64,000 nt of DNA from NCBI GenBank assembly GCA_964019335.1, contig OZ025678.1:434001-498000 (forward strand), written 5' to 3'. Positions within the stretch are counted from its first letter, which is position 1. The number at the start of each line of letters is the position of its first letter. Source of the DNA: Diplonema japonicum (taxonomy: Eukaryota; Protista; Euglenozoa: Diplonemea). Below the pieces are notes generated by a model. That model had not been told where the DNA came from. It saw nothing but the letters and a program-made list of their open reading frames with translations, and searched no databases. The translations under genes and the position numbers were made by a program. Positions 21,351 to 32,952 of this stretch are shown in pieces.

Positions 21351-22577
21351 ATTTTTTTCAAAAAAAAAAAAAAAAAAAAAAGAGGAACTTTGGAAAAATT
21401 TTCTTCTCCTTTTATTTTTTTTTTTTTTTTCCTGTCCAATTTTTTCCCCCTCCTTTTCTGTGAAAAAAATTTTAAAAAGAAAATACCAAAAAAAAAAAAA
21501 AGCACCAATAAAACGAGAAGAAAAAAAAAAAAAACAAATACAAGTTAACAACCTCGATCTGCATTTTATATAGTTTTTTTTTCTTCCCGCCCCTCCTTCT
21601 TTCATAGTTTTTTCTTCTTTTTCATTTTTTTGCTATTTCGCTATCTTAGAGGTCCTATCTTCGTATTTTATTCTCCCTGCCACTTCTTTTTCTTTTTTTT
21701 TTTTTTTTTTCCCTCATTGAATTTTTTTTTTCTTACGCCCTTTCTCCTAGCAGTTTTGCTCTATATTTAGAAGAAGAAAAGAAAGACGAGAAAGTGAAAG
21801 ATCAGACACACAAAGTTACAAAAGAAGAGAGAAAAGACAAAGGAGAGTCAGAAGAAAATAGGAGCCCTCCTACCAAAAAAACAAGGGGGTGAAGGGAAAG
21901 GGGAATGGCCCCTGATCGGGGTAATTTAAAGGTATCGGGCGGGTGCGGGCGGGGGTTGGTCCAATCACCTTTTTCCCCCCCCCCCCCCCTTATTTTCCCC
22001 CTTACCCCCCTTGTTTCAGGCATGTTTGATGGGCGCTCTTCCGGGTTTCTTTTTATTTTGTTTTTTTAACTACAGTGTTCATCTGGATCAAGAAAATGAG
22101 TTGTTATATGTGAAGGAAGGGACAAATTTAAAAAAAAAAAAAAAAACAAGAATATGAAGAAGAAGAAGAAGAAAGAAGAGCTTAATTTATACTTTTTCAA
22201 CGCCCCCCCCCCCCCCATCCCTGTGTCCACCCTTCGGAAAAAGAAGAAGGAAAAAGAGGAGAAAAAAAAAGGGAATGAGGGAAAGCCAATTTTGCAATTT
22301 CCTTTTCGTGAAAAACACTTTTGGGCCCTCTTCTTTTACTTCTTTTCCCTATTTCTTTTTTTTTTATTGGGTGTCAAAAGAGTGGGGGGGGGGGGGAGAC
22401 GGGACGACGTTGACCGAGTGTAATATTTTTTTTTCCAAATCATTTCCCCCCCCCCCCCCCCATCCCTGGAATAATTTTTTTTTCCCTCCATCTTTTTTTT
22501 TTCTTCTCCCCGCACATTCCTCTATGTTTTAACAAAAAAAAAAGCAAGAAGAAAAAAAAAGAAAACATAAAAAAAAA

Positions 22578-23663
22578 ATGATAATGTACATCGTATCCGC
22601 TGTACTAATAGCCTTCCTCGCAATGATGACGGCGGCAGTAATAAAGGCAAGAAGCATCATTGACACAAAACGGGCACAGGTGCGAAGAAACGGACGGCGG
22701 CGACTGGGGTTTTTCCACCCTTACTCCACAGGCGGAGGCGGCGGCGAAAGGGTCCTCTGGACCATGATAGCAGGCCTGCAGCAAGAGTACAAGGAGGACA
22801 CCGTTGTCCTGTACACCCATTGGGTCTCAGGCAACACTCTGACCCAAACAGAGCTGAAGGGCCTCGTCAGCAAGAAATTCGGGATCACCCTGAAACGGGA
22901 CGTGGAAATCGTCCTTCTGAAAGGAATAAAATGGGTCGAGGCCTCCTCATGGCCAAGATTTACCCTCATCCTTCAATCTCTAGGCGCTGTCCCCTTAGCA
23001 TGGGAGGCACTCACATCATCCCCTCCGGATGTCTTCTTGGACACAATGGGGTACGCATTTACCTACCCTTTGGCAAGATACATAGGAAGGTGTTCTGTTA
23101 TCAGCTACACGCACTACCCAACTGTAAGCACCGATATGTTGGAAGCCGTGTTCTCCAGAAGGGTTGCTCACAATAATTCTTCTGCCATCGCGTCGTCTAG
23201 ATTGCTGTCGGGGTTGAAAGGTCTTTATTACAAGCTCTTCGCGTCTCTTTACGGTTTTGTAGGAAGATGCTCGCACTGTACAATGGTCAATTCCTCTTGG
23301 ACTGGGGGGCATATTGAACGGATATGGTCTCCCGTGCCCTCCACGCTGCACAAGGTGTACCCCCCTTGCGACTGCACTCAGCTTTGGAGTAACCAGGTTC
23401 CGAAGGAGCTACGTGTTATTTCTGTCGCGCAGTTCCGTCCTGAGAAGAACCACACGTTGCAGGTTGAGGCCTTTGCGATGCTTTTGAAAAGGCTCCCCAA
23501 GGATCTGAAGGAAGCTGTCCGGCTCGACCTGGTCGGCGGTGTAAGAGGGTGCGAAGACGAGGCACGTGTCGAGAAGCTTAAGATTTTAATCGGCGAGCTC
23601 GGCTTGGAGGGCGCTGTGAACATCCATGTGGATTTGGTAGTTCTTTTTTTTTTTAACAACAAA

Positions 23664-23694
<31 letters not shown>

Positions 23695-24090
23695 CGTACG
23701 GTGATCTGAAGGCGTATCTAGGCAGATCCATGATCGGGCTGCACACAATGTGGAATGAACATTTCGGTATCGGGATTGTGGAATACATGGTATAGAGCAC
23801 AAAAGATTTATAATAAAAAAGAAATTAAAAAAAAAACTGTTCCTCAGGCTTCTGGGTGTATACCTTTGGCTCACCGCTCGGGGGGGCCGCTGATGGACAT
23901 TGTGTCACCGGAAGCTGGTTTTCTGGCAGAGACAGCAGAGGAGTATGCTGCAGCTATGGAGAAGGTGCTTACGATGGACGAGAAAGACAGAAAAGAGATG
24001 GCCGAAGCCTCCCGCGAGAGGTCGATGAGGTTCACTGAGGAAGTCTTCACCGAGGCTGTAGGAAAGGCTGTGCGACCGGTACTGGGGTGA
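22578..24090 (+). CDS. ALG11: GDP-Man:Man3GlcNAc2-PP-Dol alpha-1,2-mannosyltransferase
   Basis: Exons 22578-23636, 23694-23789, 23848-24090; [63 protein letters not shown]. Confidence 0.95.
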
Positions 24091-24228
24091 AAATGAACAA
24101 AATAAAAAAAGAGAAAAAGAAGAAACCAATTCGAACTTACAAAAGAGACCCTTCTTCTTCATTTCTTTTCCCTCAAAAAAAAAAAAAATCAAAACCAAAG
24201 AAGAAAAAGAAAAAGAAAAAAAACCAAA

Positions 24229-27024
24229 ATGGGAATCCCAGGGTTCTTCCCGTGGCTGAACAGTAAGTACCCACGGGTTATAACAACGAAACCCAAATCG
24301 CCTGAAAACATCTATATCGATGTCAACGGGATAATCCACACGTGCTGCATGGTGAACGGGAAGTACGACCGTGATGAGGAAAAGAGCATTGAGAGAGTGA
24401 TCGCCTTAATCGAAGGGATAATCAATGATTTGTTACCTACGAAGCTGGTCTACCTTGCAGTTGACGGCGTCGCTCCAAGAGCAAAGAGCAACCAACAAAG
24501 ATGCAGACGAATCTCAAGCAGCGCGTCAAAAATCACCGACGCCGTGAGAGAACGAGGCAACTTCGACATGCTGGAACCCAACATGCTCATCAGAACCCCC
24601 AAAGGATGGGGCAGAATATCCAGCATCGACGGCAACACGGTCAAGGTGAACGACACAAGGTACGAACGGTCTGAGCTAACATTGGGCGCTGCTGATAAAC
24701 CATCGCCGGTTTGGGATTCCAATGCCATCTCTGTAGGCACACCGTTCATGGACAAGGTGTGCACTGCGCTGTCAAATTGGGTCAAGGATCAGTCTGAGGT
24801 GCCCTTTTCAGTACTCTTCTCCGGTGTACGCACGCCAGGTGAAGGTGAGCACAAGTTCATTGATTTCATCAAACGCGAACGTGAGCTGAACTCGCAGTGG
24901 TACGAACCCAACGACACACATGTGCTTGTGTCCGGCGATACGGATTTGCTCCTCCTCGGCCTTGCCTTGCACGAGCCCAACGTCATCGTTATGCGTGAAA
25001 ACCGTGACGACAACGGCGGCTTTGAATACTGCACCGTCGCAGTGCTCCGTGAATACGTCTGCGAGGAACTCATCGGAAAGCTCATAAAATGCCAGGAGAT
25101 CATCATCAAGTCCCGTCGTAAGAAGGACTTCCGCAATGCTGCCCTCATGGCCACAGGTACCATCGCTCTTCTATACAAGATCAAAGCCGTCACCGGTAGG
25201 TCAGCTGTTCTTATGTGGGTGGCAGCCATCGCTGTCTTGTGGAAGATCATCAAAGAGAAGAGGTACCCCATCGCGTTGCCCGACGCCGAGCGTATCCTCG
25301 ACGACTGGCTTATTTCCGCTGTTTTTGTCGGGAACGATTTCATGCCGCACCTTCCTTCCATCTATGCAGGGCAGTTTTCTATGTCCACCGTTGTCGACTC
25401 CTACGTGCGGGGCATGGCAAAGGGATGGGCGGAGACGGGGTCCCTGCAGTACCTCATGAACCCCGACGCCTCGCTGAACACTGCATCCTGGTCGTGCTTC
25501 ATGCGCTACATGGCCCAGGGAGAGTCTGCAACTATGCGTTCTAAAAAGAGGCTCACCTCTGATGAGTCATGGACCTCTACATACTACACTAGCATCAAGT
25601 CGCTCACGCAGTCCCCGCTTTCTGTCCCCGCCCTTCGCTCTGATATGTGCGCTTCGTATGTAGAAGGGCTTGCTTGGCTGGGTGTGTATTACCTCACCCC
25701 GACCCTTGCCTCATGGGCGTGGTACTACAGGCACTATCATGCACCCACTGCACGGGATTTGTTGGAGTACTTCGACGAAAAGGTGAAGAGTGGGACTGCG
25801 AAGATCTTCATGAGGGACGTGTCGAAGCCTTTGAAGCCGCTGCAGCAATTGATGCTTGTTGTCCCGCCGGCGTCGTTTCACCTTCTCCCCGAGCAGGCCC
25901 TGAAGCGTGCGTTGGAGCAAGGTGAGGACGCGTATCCCGTGTCGTGGGTGTCGGACCACGTGGGCAGCAGCAAGCACCCCGTGCCCATCATACCTTTTGT
26001 CGACGACATGGACAGCGGTGTTGCGGAGCCGCCAAACGAACCGGAAGTCCTGTCCACACCGAAGGGCACCGCACCGACGCTAGCAGGTGGGCTTGTTGTG
26101 CCGATGGAAGAAAGAGAGGGCTGCCACAACTTCACCCCGCATGTCATCATGAGGCAGACGTCGCGGCTGACAAAAGGAACAAAACTACCTGAGATCACCG
26201 CAGTGCGGAGGCCGTGCTACATCCCGTGGAGGACACGCGCGGAAGAAAACCGCGAGCTGGGGCAAGGCTCGGGGTACGTCCTCGCGTTGAAATTCGAGAA
26301 GCGTGTGCCGTACTCGGGGTTCCTGCAACGGGTGGTGAAGCGCGCCTTCGGCATACCCTGCATGCGTGTCATGACGTCGGGGATGGTGGCCAGCATATTC
26401 ATTGCTGGGCCGGATGTTGAAAAGGTGAAAGAACTTCTTCCAAAAAGCGGGACTATGATAATAGATAAACAGCAGGTGGCTATAACCGTTGAGGTAAGCA
26501 CAAGCCAGCCGAAGGGAGCAGGCGTTGTCGTCAAGGATCTCCCAAAGGTAATCAAGTACAAGGAAATCGTAAGGTACTGCGAACAGGAGTTCGGGATGGA
26601 AGTAGGGACCATCAAGATGCGCGACGGTGGCGCCATAGTACCCTTCGAGACTAAGTATAGAGAAGCTGTTGAAAAATCTCTCAAAGAAACGAGTACTTGG
26701 GCCATCTCTGGGAGGAATTTAAAGGTGGAAATGCTGCCCCATCGTGTTGCCAAGCACCCCACAGAGCTCTCACTCGATGAGTTCTTCGCTGACCTGGGGG
26801 CTGACGCATATATTGACTGGGCATGCTCTAAATGCTGTACCCGTAACTATCAACGAGAGCATTCGTGTATTTCTTGCTCGTCTCGTTGGGGTCCTCTCTC
26901 TCTTCCTCTGACTATTAGGAAGGGTGGTGAGAACATAAGCCACTATGAGGCTGACCACACTCTCCACACTGTCGTTGAGGGTCAGAGAAGTACCGCTGTC
27001 CCACCGTCGAAGGAAGCTGAATGA
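24229..27024 (+). CDS. XRN-family 5'-3' exoribonuclease with C-terminal RanBP2-type zinc finger
   Basis: MGIPGFFPWL, YIDVNGIIH, AVDGVAPRAK..QQR, DSNAIS.GT.FM, PGEGEHK, GDTDL, GNDF.PHLP; C-terminal DWACSKC..N.....CISC. Confidence 0.92.
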   Translation: MGIPGFFPWLNSKYPRVITTKPKSPENIYIDVNGIIHTCCMVNGKYDRDEEKSIERVIALIEGIINDLLPTKLVYLAVDGVAPRAKSNQQRCRRISSSASKITDAVRERGNFDMLEPNMLIRTPKGWGRISSIDGNTVKVNDTRYERSELTLGAADKPSPVWDSNAISVGTPFMDKVCTALSNWVKDQSEVPFSVLFSGVRTPGEGEHKFIDFIKRERELNSQWYEPNDTHVLVSGDTDLLLLGLALHEPNVIVMRENRDDNGGFEYCTVAVLREYVCEELIGKLIKCQEIIIKSRRKKDFRNAALMATGTIALLYKIKAVTGRSAVLMWVAAIAVLWKIIKEKRYPIALPDAERILDDWLISAVFVGNDFMPHLPSIYAGQFSMSTVVDSYVRGMAKGWAETGSLQYLMNPDASLNTASWSCFMRYMAQGESATMRSKKRLTSDESWTSTYYTSIKSLTQSPLSVPALRSDMCASYVEGLAWLGVYYLTPTLASWAWYYRHYHAPTARDLLEYFDEKVKSGTAKIFMRDVSKPLKPLQQLMLVVPPASFHLLPEQALKRALEQGEDAYPVSWVSDHVGSSKHPVPIIPFVDDMDSGVAEPPNEPEVLSTPKGTAPTLAGGLVVPMEEREGCHNFTPHVIMRQTSRLTKGTKLPEITAVRRPCYIPWRTRAEENRELGQGSGYVLALKFEKRVPYSGFLQRVVKRAFGIPCMRVMTSGMVASIFIAGPDVEKVKELLPKSGTMIIDKQQVAITVEVSTSQPKGAGVVVKDLPKVIKYKEIVRYCEQEFGMEVGTIKMRDGGAIVPFETKYREAVEKSLKETSTWAISGRNLKVEMLPHRVAKHPTELSLDEFFADLGADAYIDWACSKCCTRNYQREHSCISCSSRWGPLSLPLTIRKGGENISHYEADHTLHTVVEGQRSTAVPPSKEAE

Positions 27025-27543
27025 AAGGGGGAGAAAGGGAAGGAAAAGGAAAAAAAAAGTTTTTTTATTTATTTTTTTTTTTTTTTTATATTTTAGTGTT
27101 TAACTTTTTACAACAAAGAAGTAAGAAAAAGGAAAACAAGAGGGAAAAAAAAAAAAAAACCAAAAACAAAAACAAAAACAAAAAACAATAACAAGAAGAA
27201 AAAAAAAAAAAGGAAAACCACACAATACGTGCGAAACGAAGGGAAAAAAAAGAAAAGGGTGAATGTTTTAAAAAGAAAAGAAAAAAAAGGTCTCTCATCG
27301 TCTACACCAGACCACAACCGAGAATGAACTCATTTTTTTTGGGGGGGGAGGGTAAATGTTGGTGTCAGTTCTATTCAAGCAAAAATAGTTTAATAAAATG
27401 GGGGAGGGGGGCTTGCACTTAACTCCCGTCCCCTACACCCACACCCCCTACTCTCACATGGTATTTTTTTTTCTCTCTTCTTTTTGCGTCGAAATCTCTT
27501 CAGGATAACCCCCCCCCCCCCCCTTTCCCCCCACTTGGGGAGT

Positions 27544-27876
27544 ATGGGAGAACAATGCAAATGTTTAGAGAGAAAACTGAGAACGCCACACTCTAGGGAA
27601 GATCTGGAAGCCATCGTGATGAAGCGAACGCAGGAGACACACAGTAAGAAGTCCCCACTTGCAGTTAAACGGCCCAGACCCCGTATGGCCACCTGGGAGA
27701 AGGATGAGACCGTCTCAAAATGCAGAAACTGCGAAAGAACATTTTCAGTAATACACAGAAAGCACCACTGCAGGAGCTGCGGGCTCATATTTTGTGGGTC
27801 ATGCAGCGATTCGCGGCAAATAGTCACGGCACACGGGGACAGGCCATGTCGGGTGTGTGTGTTGTGCAGACGATGA
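27544..27876 (+). CDS. Small FYVE zinc-finger protein
   Basis: WEKD, CRNC, RKHHCRSCG.IFCGSCS, RVCVLC. Confidence 0.88.
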   Translation: MGEQCKCLERKLRTPHSREDLEAIVMKRTQETHSKKSPLAVKRPRPRMATWEKDETVSKCRNCERTFSVIHRKHHCRSCGLIFCGSCSDSRQIVTAHGDRPCRVCVLCRR

Positions 27877-28147
27877 AGGCGCGGTGGGAAGGGGACCAGA
27901 ATTTACTTTTTGACCCCCCGAAACTATATGAAATAAAAAAAAGGGGGGGGGGGGAAGGGGAAAAATCGTCTATATTTTTTTAATTAACTTTTTTTTCCAT
28001 CCCCCCCCCTGATGAACGCAGGATGTACCATCATTTAAAAAAAAAAAGAAAAAAAGAGAAAATTTTTTTTTTTGAAAAGAGGAAGTGTTTTCCTCATGTA
28101 ACTTTGCATGGGGTGTTTCTTCTTCTTTTTTTCTTTCTTGGGTGGAG

Positions 28148-28304
28148 TGCTAACTTGACCCAGAAAGGCTCAAAATCCACCCCAGATCTATGTCTCCAAA
28201 CGCTGAGTCTACAAATGCCCTAATAGAACCTCTGTGGAGAATGAAGAAAGCAAACCTTAGAAGCACTCTCGGAGGTTGGTGTGTAAGCTGGGGTCAAGTT
28301 AGCA
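28148..28304. mobile_element. MITE-like element with 14-bp inverted repeats
   Basis: TGCTAACTTGACCC (28148-28161) and GGGTCAAGTTAGCA (28291-28304) are perfect inverted repeats around a non-homopolymeric interior; no clear TSD. Confidence 0.5.
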
Positions 28305-29355
28305 GGTTTCTCTCTTTTTTTTTTTTGTTGGTGGGCTGTTCCTAACCACTTCGTTTCCTATAATAGGGATGTTTTTATTTTTTTTTTTTTAATCTATGAT
28401 ATATCGGTTTGCTTTCCTTTTGAGAAACCTCCCTGCTCCCCCTGTTTCTTTCAAGGACCCTCCAGAAAAAAAAATAGAACAAAGGAAAAAAAAAAAAAAG
28501 AAATTGCAGCAACCTGTTGAACCGCGTAACAAACGCTTTGAGACTAGTCGATGGTTTTACAGGGGAAGGGGGGGGGGTCTTTTTTTATAAAGATTCTTCC
28601 AAACCCTGATTCCGATGACCATGTGTTTCATCGTTTCCGGAACTCCAGTTCGTGTCTGCAATTTTTTTTTTCTTTCTTTCTTTTTTTTTTTTTTTTTTTA
28701 TAAAAAGTTTTTTTTTTTCTGACCCTTAAAAAAAAATATTTTTTTTTGTCAAAATCTCCTTTTATTTCCTAAGAGTGAACAAGTAGCATCTCAAAAAAAA
28801 AAAAAAAAAAATGAGAATAACCTGGAAGGGGTGGTTGCCAAAACCGCCCTTCCCTCCGCTGAGTGTTCTTTTCTTTAGCCTAAGAATGGAGGAATGAGCG
28901 GGAGGGGGGGGACTTCTCCCCCCCCCCCCCCCCCCCCCGTTTTTGGTCATCCCACCACCCCTTTCGCTTTAGAGCAACACAATTTTTTTTTCCCCTTTTT
29001 TTGCTGATCACGAGTACCCTCTACCAGTTCTAGTTTGCTGAATAGAGGTAGTCATATGCTAGCTGATGTGTATTGATTCTGTAGAAAGGAAGAATTTTCT
29101 AAAACCTTAACAATCAAAAAAAAAAAAAAGCAGTCACCAGGTGTCACCTTTTTCGAGTACTTAGGGCCCCGAGATATAGCTGTTTTTTTCTTTTTTTCTC
29201 TCATGTGATTCCCCCCCTTTTTTATTTTATATTCGGGCATCGTGGTTTTGACCTTCCCAGTCTTTCAAAAGAAAAAAGGTCAAAGGGAGGGGCCTTCCTA
29301 CATTTTCTTTTTGCTTTCAAAAACAGTGGGCTAACACTGAAACTTAATCGTATTT

Positions 29356-29386
<31 letters not shown>

Positions 29387-29944
29387 CCCTATTTCCTTTC
29401 TATCGCCGTATCACATCCAGAAATATTTTTTGCCTCGGGGGGCGGAAAAGGAAAAAAAAAAAAAAAGCAAACAAAAATAAATAAATAAAAGGAAAGCCCC
29501 CCTCAGCCTAGCGATATACTTTTCTCTTAGATTTTTCGCTCAAGTAAGAGGAGAAAAAGATAAGATAAAAGTAAGATAAAATAATATCAACTCTTTTTTT
29601 TTTTTTTTTTTTTAGAAAACCATATTATAGAATCAGTTAATTCTATATTTTTGTCTTGGTTGCGGGAACACAAAAAAAAAAAAAAAAAAAAAAAAAGAAT
29701 CTTTAATAATGGTTCCTGAAAAAAAAATACTTGTGAACAAGCACCGTTGCCCTCCTAGACGACGGGCTTGCGTAGACACCACTTCTAACTTTTTGGTAAC
29801 AAAAAAAGCACCGAGAGACCTCCTCCTTGATGGTGACAGGGAAGGAGGTCTACAAGCGCAACTAAAAGTAAGTAGAAAATTGGTACAAAAAAAAAAAAAG
29901 ATCAAAAGTCTCGCACAAACGGGCGGGCGGGTGTACATCAAACG

Positions 29945-29975
<31 letters not shown>

Positions 29976-30469
29976 GAACGGAATGCAACAACAGAAAAGG
30001 AAATTACTTTAAAAAAAAGGGGGAAACACCGTTTTCAACTCTTTTTTTCAAGGTACCCCCTGTTGGCTGAGGGTAAGGAAAAAAAAAAAGGAACCCTCCC
30101 CCCCCCCCCCCCCCCCATCCCCCAATTCGATCAACCTGCCTGTCGCGTAGTTGTGGTTTTTTAAGTAAGTTCGAAGTTTCGGATCCCCCATTCCCCCCTC
30201 TATGGCTGCCGAGTTCCGACACAGCGGGTAGTTATGTCTTCTTCTTTTCTTTTTCTTTTTTTTTTTTCCCCTGTATTTAACAAGTACTGCTCAGTTTCTT
30301 GTTAAAAAAACTTTCTTAAAAAAAACAGAAAAAAAAGAGCACTTTTTTTATGTCAGAATTTTTGTGCCGTGTGCAAAATGCTTAGAAACACCGACTCTTT
30401 TTTTTTTCTTTTTCTTTTCTTATTCTCTTTTTTTTTCTTCCCCCCCCCACCCTGTCTTTTTGCATTTAA

Positions 30470-32272
30470 CATCTACCAACGAGCGTCTTTATAGAGACGA
30501 TTTGAAAAAAGATCTTTTGCGCAAAGGGCTTTCAATGCAATACAGCTCGGCCACTTCTCGCATCCGGGGTCCTGCGCGGAAAATATGAAAAATATAAACT
30601 AAATGCTGCCCTAACTTAACAAGAAAAAGAAAAAAGAAAAAAAAACGCCAGCCCAAATTTACCCTTAAAAATCACTTCAAAAAAGGGTGCCCAGAAAGAG
30701 GCCGGAAGAGGACATTATGAGTGATGGTAGCACTGATGGCTCATCCCTATTATGCAATTTTGGTACGAACAGTGATTCTGATACGAATTCGACCGATTCC
30801 GAGTCACAGCAGGGTGATTGGACGGCAAAGCCGGAGCGGTTGGAAGGCATCCGGTTTCGTGAAGATCGGAATCCTTGCTGACCCTGTTTTGACATCAGAG
30901 GCTCAACGACATTCCATATATTCTCCCAAATGCTCGCCCCAAACGTTATTTGGGTCATAATTTCGAACAATGTGGCAAATGCGGCTAAAAAAGGTGTTTC
31001 CCTGGATCTCAATGCTGCTTCTTTGCATACCTTCTTAGGTGTCCTTTTGTCGATGGACTTGGATATCATGCCAGATTATTCTGACTACTGGCGCGCTGGC
31101 TCCACGTCTCTCAACCACACCCCTGGGTACGCTGCTGTCATGTCAAGAGACCGCTTTTTGACTATTCTGGGAAATCTGTGTTTCCACAGCGAAACAAACA
31201 AGCGTGCTGACTTCTACCTATCGCAAAGGCCTCCCGGAGATCACGGATGCAAAGAAGCGAGGCCGCAAGCCCAAGGACACGCATCCTGTGGCGACACCCA
31301 GTTCCACCAGCACGTGAGCATCCTTTGCACCACAACGTGGCATGACATCATGCCTGTGCGCTTTCTGTCGACGTTGGATGTTCTGGTGAAGTCAAATTTG
31401 ACGTGTCGGCCAAAAGAGAATGAAAGCCGGAATGGACATCCCGCCCCCCACCAAGTGCATATTTACAACACCGCAATGGGCGGAACCGACGCTGGGTGAC
31501 GCTGTGACAAAACGCCATAAACGCACCCTTATGACTTCGAAGTGGCCACTGAAAGTATTTTCGTACTTGTTAGATAGATCTCTGGCAAATGCTTGGCTTG
31601 TTTGGAAAGAAGCATTGCCCCCCAACACCCTGAGTACGAACGACAGTGGATTCACGCCTTTCAAAGAGGCAGTCATCGAAGGGCTACTAGGGAGGCAGTC
31701 TAAACAACAGCTAAAGTCAACTACAGAGCAGGCTGCCCCAATACCATGCCCCGAAACACAGAACGAGTGCCCTGAGACCCCAATGCACCGCGATAGTACC
31801 TTCTGGGACCATTTCCCCGAAAAAGTAGTGCAACATGCGGTGCAAGCATGGCAAGTCGAAATGACCCCAGTTCCAGTGTTCAACCTGCTTGGTACAACTT
31901 TGCATGACTCCGTGCTTCAAAGACTACCACCTTGCCGGGGATACCCCCCAGAAACCCCTCTCGGGGTCAAAAAAGAAGTCCCCCAGCCCTGGGGCACGTA
32001 CGAACCGCGTCAAGAAGGCCTTAAATAGCTTTTTACAGAATTTTACAGTCGATTTTTTTTGACTTGTTTTTTGTACCCCCTCTCGGGCACTTCAGGAACG
32101 AAATTTTTGACAATGCTGTGAGGGTGGGCCCTGCTGTGGGCACCCTCTCTCTAGAATTGGGACATCTGGAGGCATTTCCGGGGGCATATAGCCCCGGCGT
32201 TGCTAGAATAGCTTTTTTTGAAGTTTTGAAAATTTACCCCCTGGTGGGCAAAAATGGTCCGTTGGTAGATGG
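30470..32272 (+). mobile_element. piggyBac DNA transposon, defective
   Basis: TTAA at 30466-30469 and 32273-32276; TIR CATCTACCAACG / CGTTGGTAGATGG; internal transposase remnants. Confidence 0.88.
30717..31930 (+). pseudogene. piggyBac transposase pseudogene (stops, frameshifts, internal deletion)
   Basis: DYW...VMSRDRFLTILGNLCF, RKGLP, WHD..PVRFLST, IYNTAMGGTD, KWPLKVFSYLLDRSLANAW and the C-terminal QCSTCLVQLCMTPCFKDYH are spread over different frames. Confidence 0.88.
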
Positions 32273-32326
32273 TTAAAAAAAAAGGGGGGGGGGTGGGGGA
32301 AGAAAATAACAAAAAGAAAATAATAA

Positions 32327-32704
32327 ATGTCGTCATCTCGGTTCGGGACTCGCAGTGTTGCTGAGTGTGGTTTTTGGAAGGAGATCGTCAGAAAGGAATG
32401 CAATACGGGCACAAGACGGCAGAACGAACAGCAACATGAATGCGAGTATGCTTGCTCTAGCACCCGGAGTAGAGGACACTCTGCCTCCCACGGGTCATGC
32501 CCCACAAGGAGCGGCAGCAGCATTTCATTTAGAAACCCCACCTCTCGCAGTGGCTGCTCTACCAACACATCCATGGAGGGCCGTCTGCAGGTGCTGGAGA
32601 GTATTCTCACAGAGGAACGAGAAGGCCGCAAGAATGTCCAGCTCCAGCTAGACAACTTGCAAAGCATGATTGATTCGCATTTTGGAAAGGAAAAGAAACA
32701 GTGA
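32327..32704 (+). CDS. Hypothetical protein with C-terminal coiled coil
   Basis: 125-aa ORF with AAA-ATG context and coding-like composition; RLQVLESILTEEREGRKNVQLQL coiled coil. Confidence 0.65.
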   Translation: MSSSRFGTRSVAECGFWKEIVRKECNTGTRRQNEQQHECEYACSSTRSRGHSASHGSCPTRSGSSISFRNPTSRSGCSTNTSMEGRLQVLESILTEEREGRKNVQLQLDNLQSMIDSHFGKEKKQ

Positions 32705-32952
32705 ATTTAAAAAAAAAAAAAAAAAGAGGGTGCGTTTTTTTTTAATTATATAAAAGGGGAGCGAAAAAAAAAAAAAAAAAGGGAAAAAAAGGAAAAAGCG
32801 TTACCACGTTTTTTTTTTTTTTTTTTTTTTTCTTTTTTTCAAGAAGATTAATTTTTTTTTTTGTGGCTGTTTTACTGTTTTTTTTTTTTTTTTTCAAAAA
32901 AAAAAAAAAAAAAGCTACTCGCGGGAAAAAAAAAAAAAAAAAAAAAAAAAAA

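Noticed and set aside
28008-28040. CTGATGA hammerhead-like core
   Set aside because: No stem II followed by GAAA and no closing stems.
29816-29852. Hairpin AGACCTCCT...AGGAGGTCT with a GACCTCCTC motif like the ribozyme P3/L3
   Set aside because: Simple stem-loop without P1/P2 partners or J4/2.
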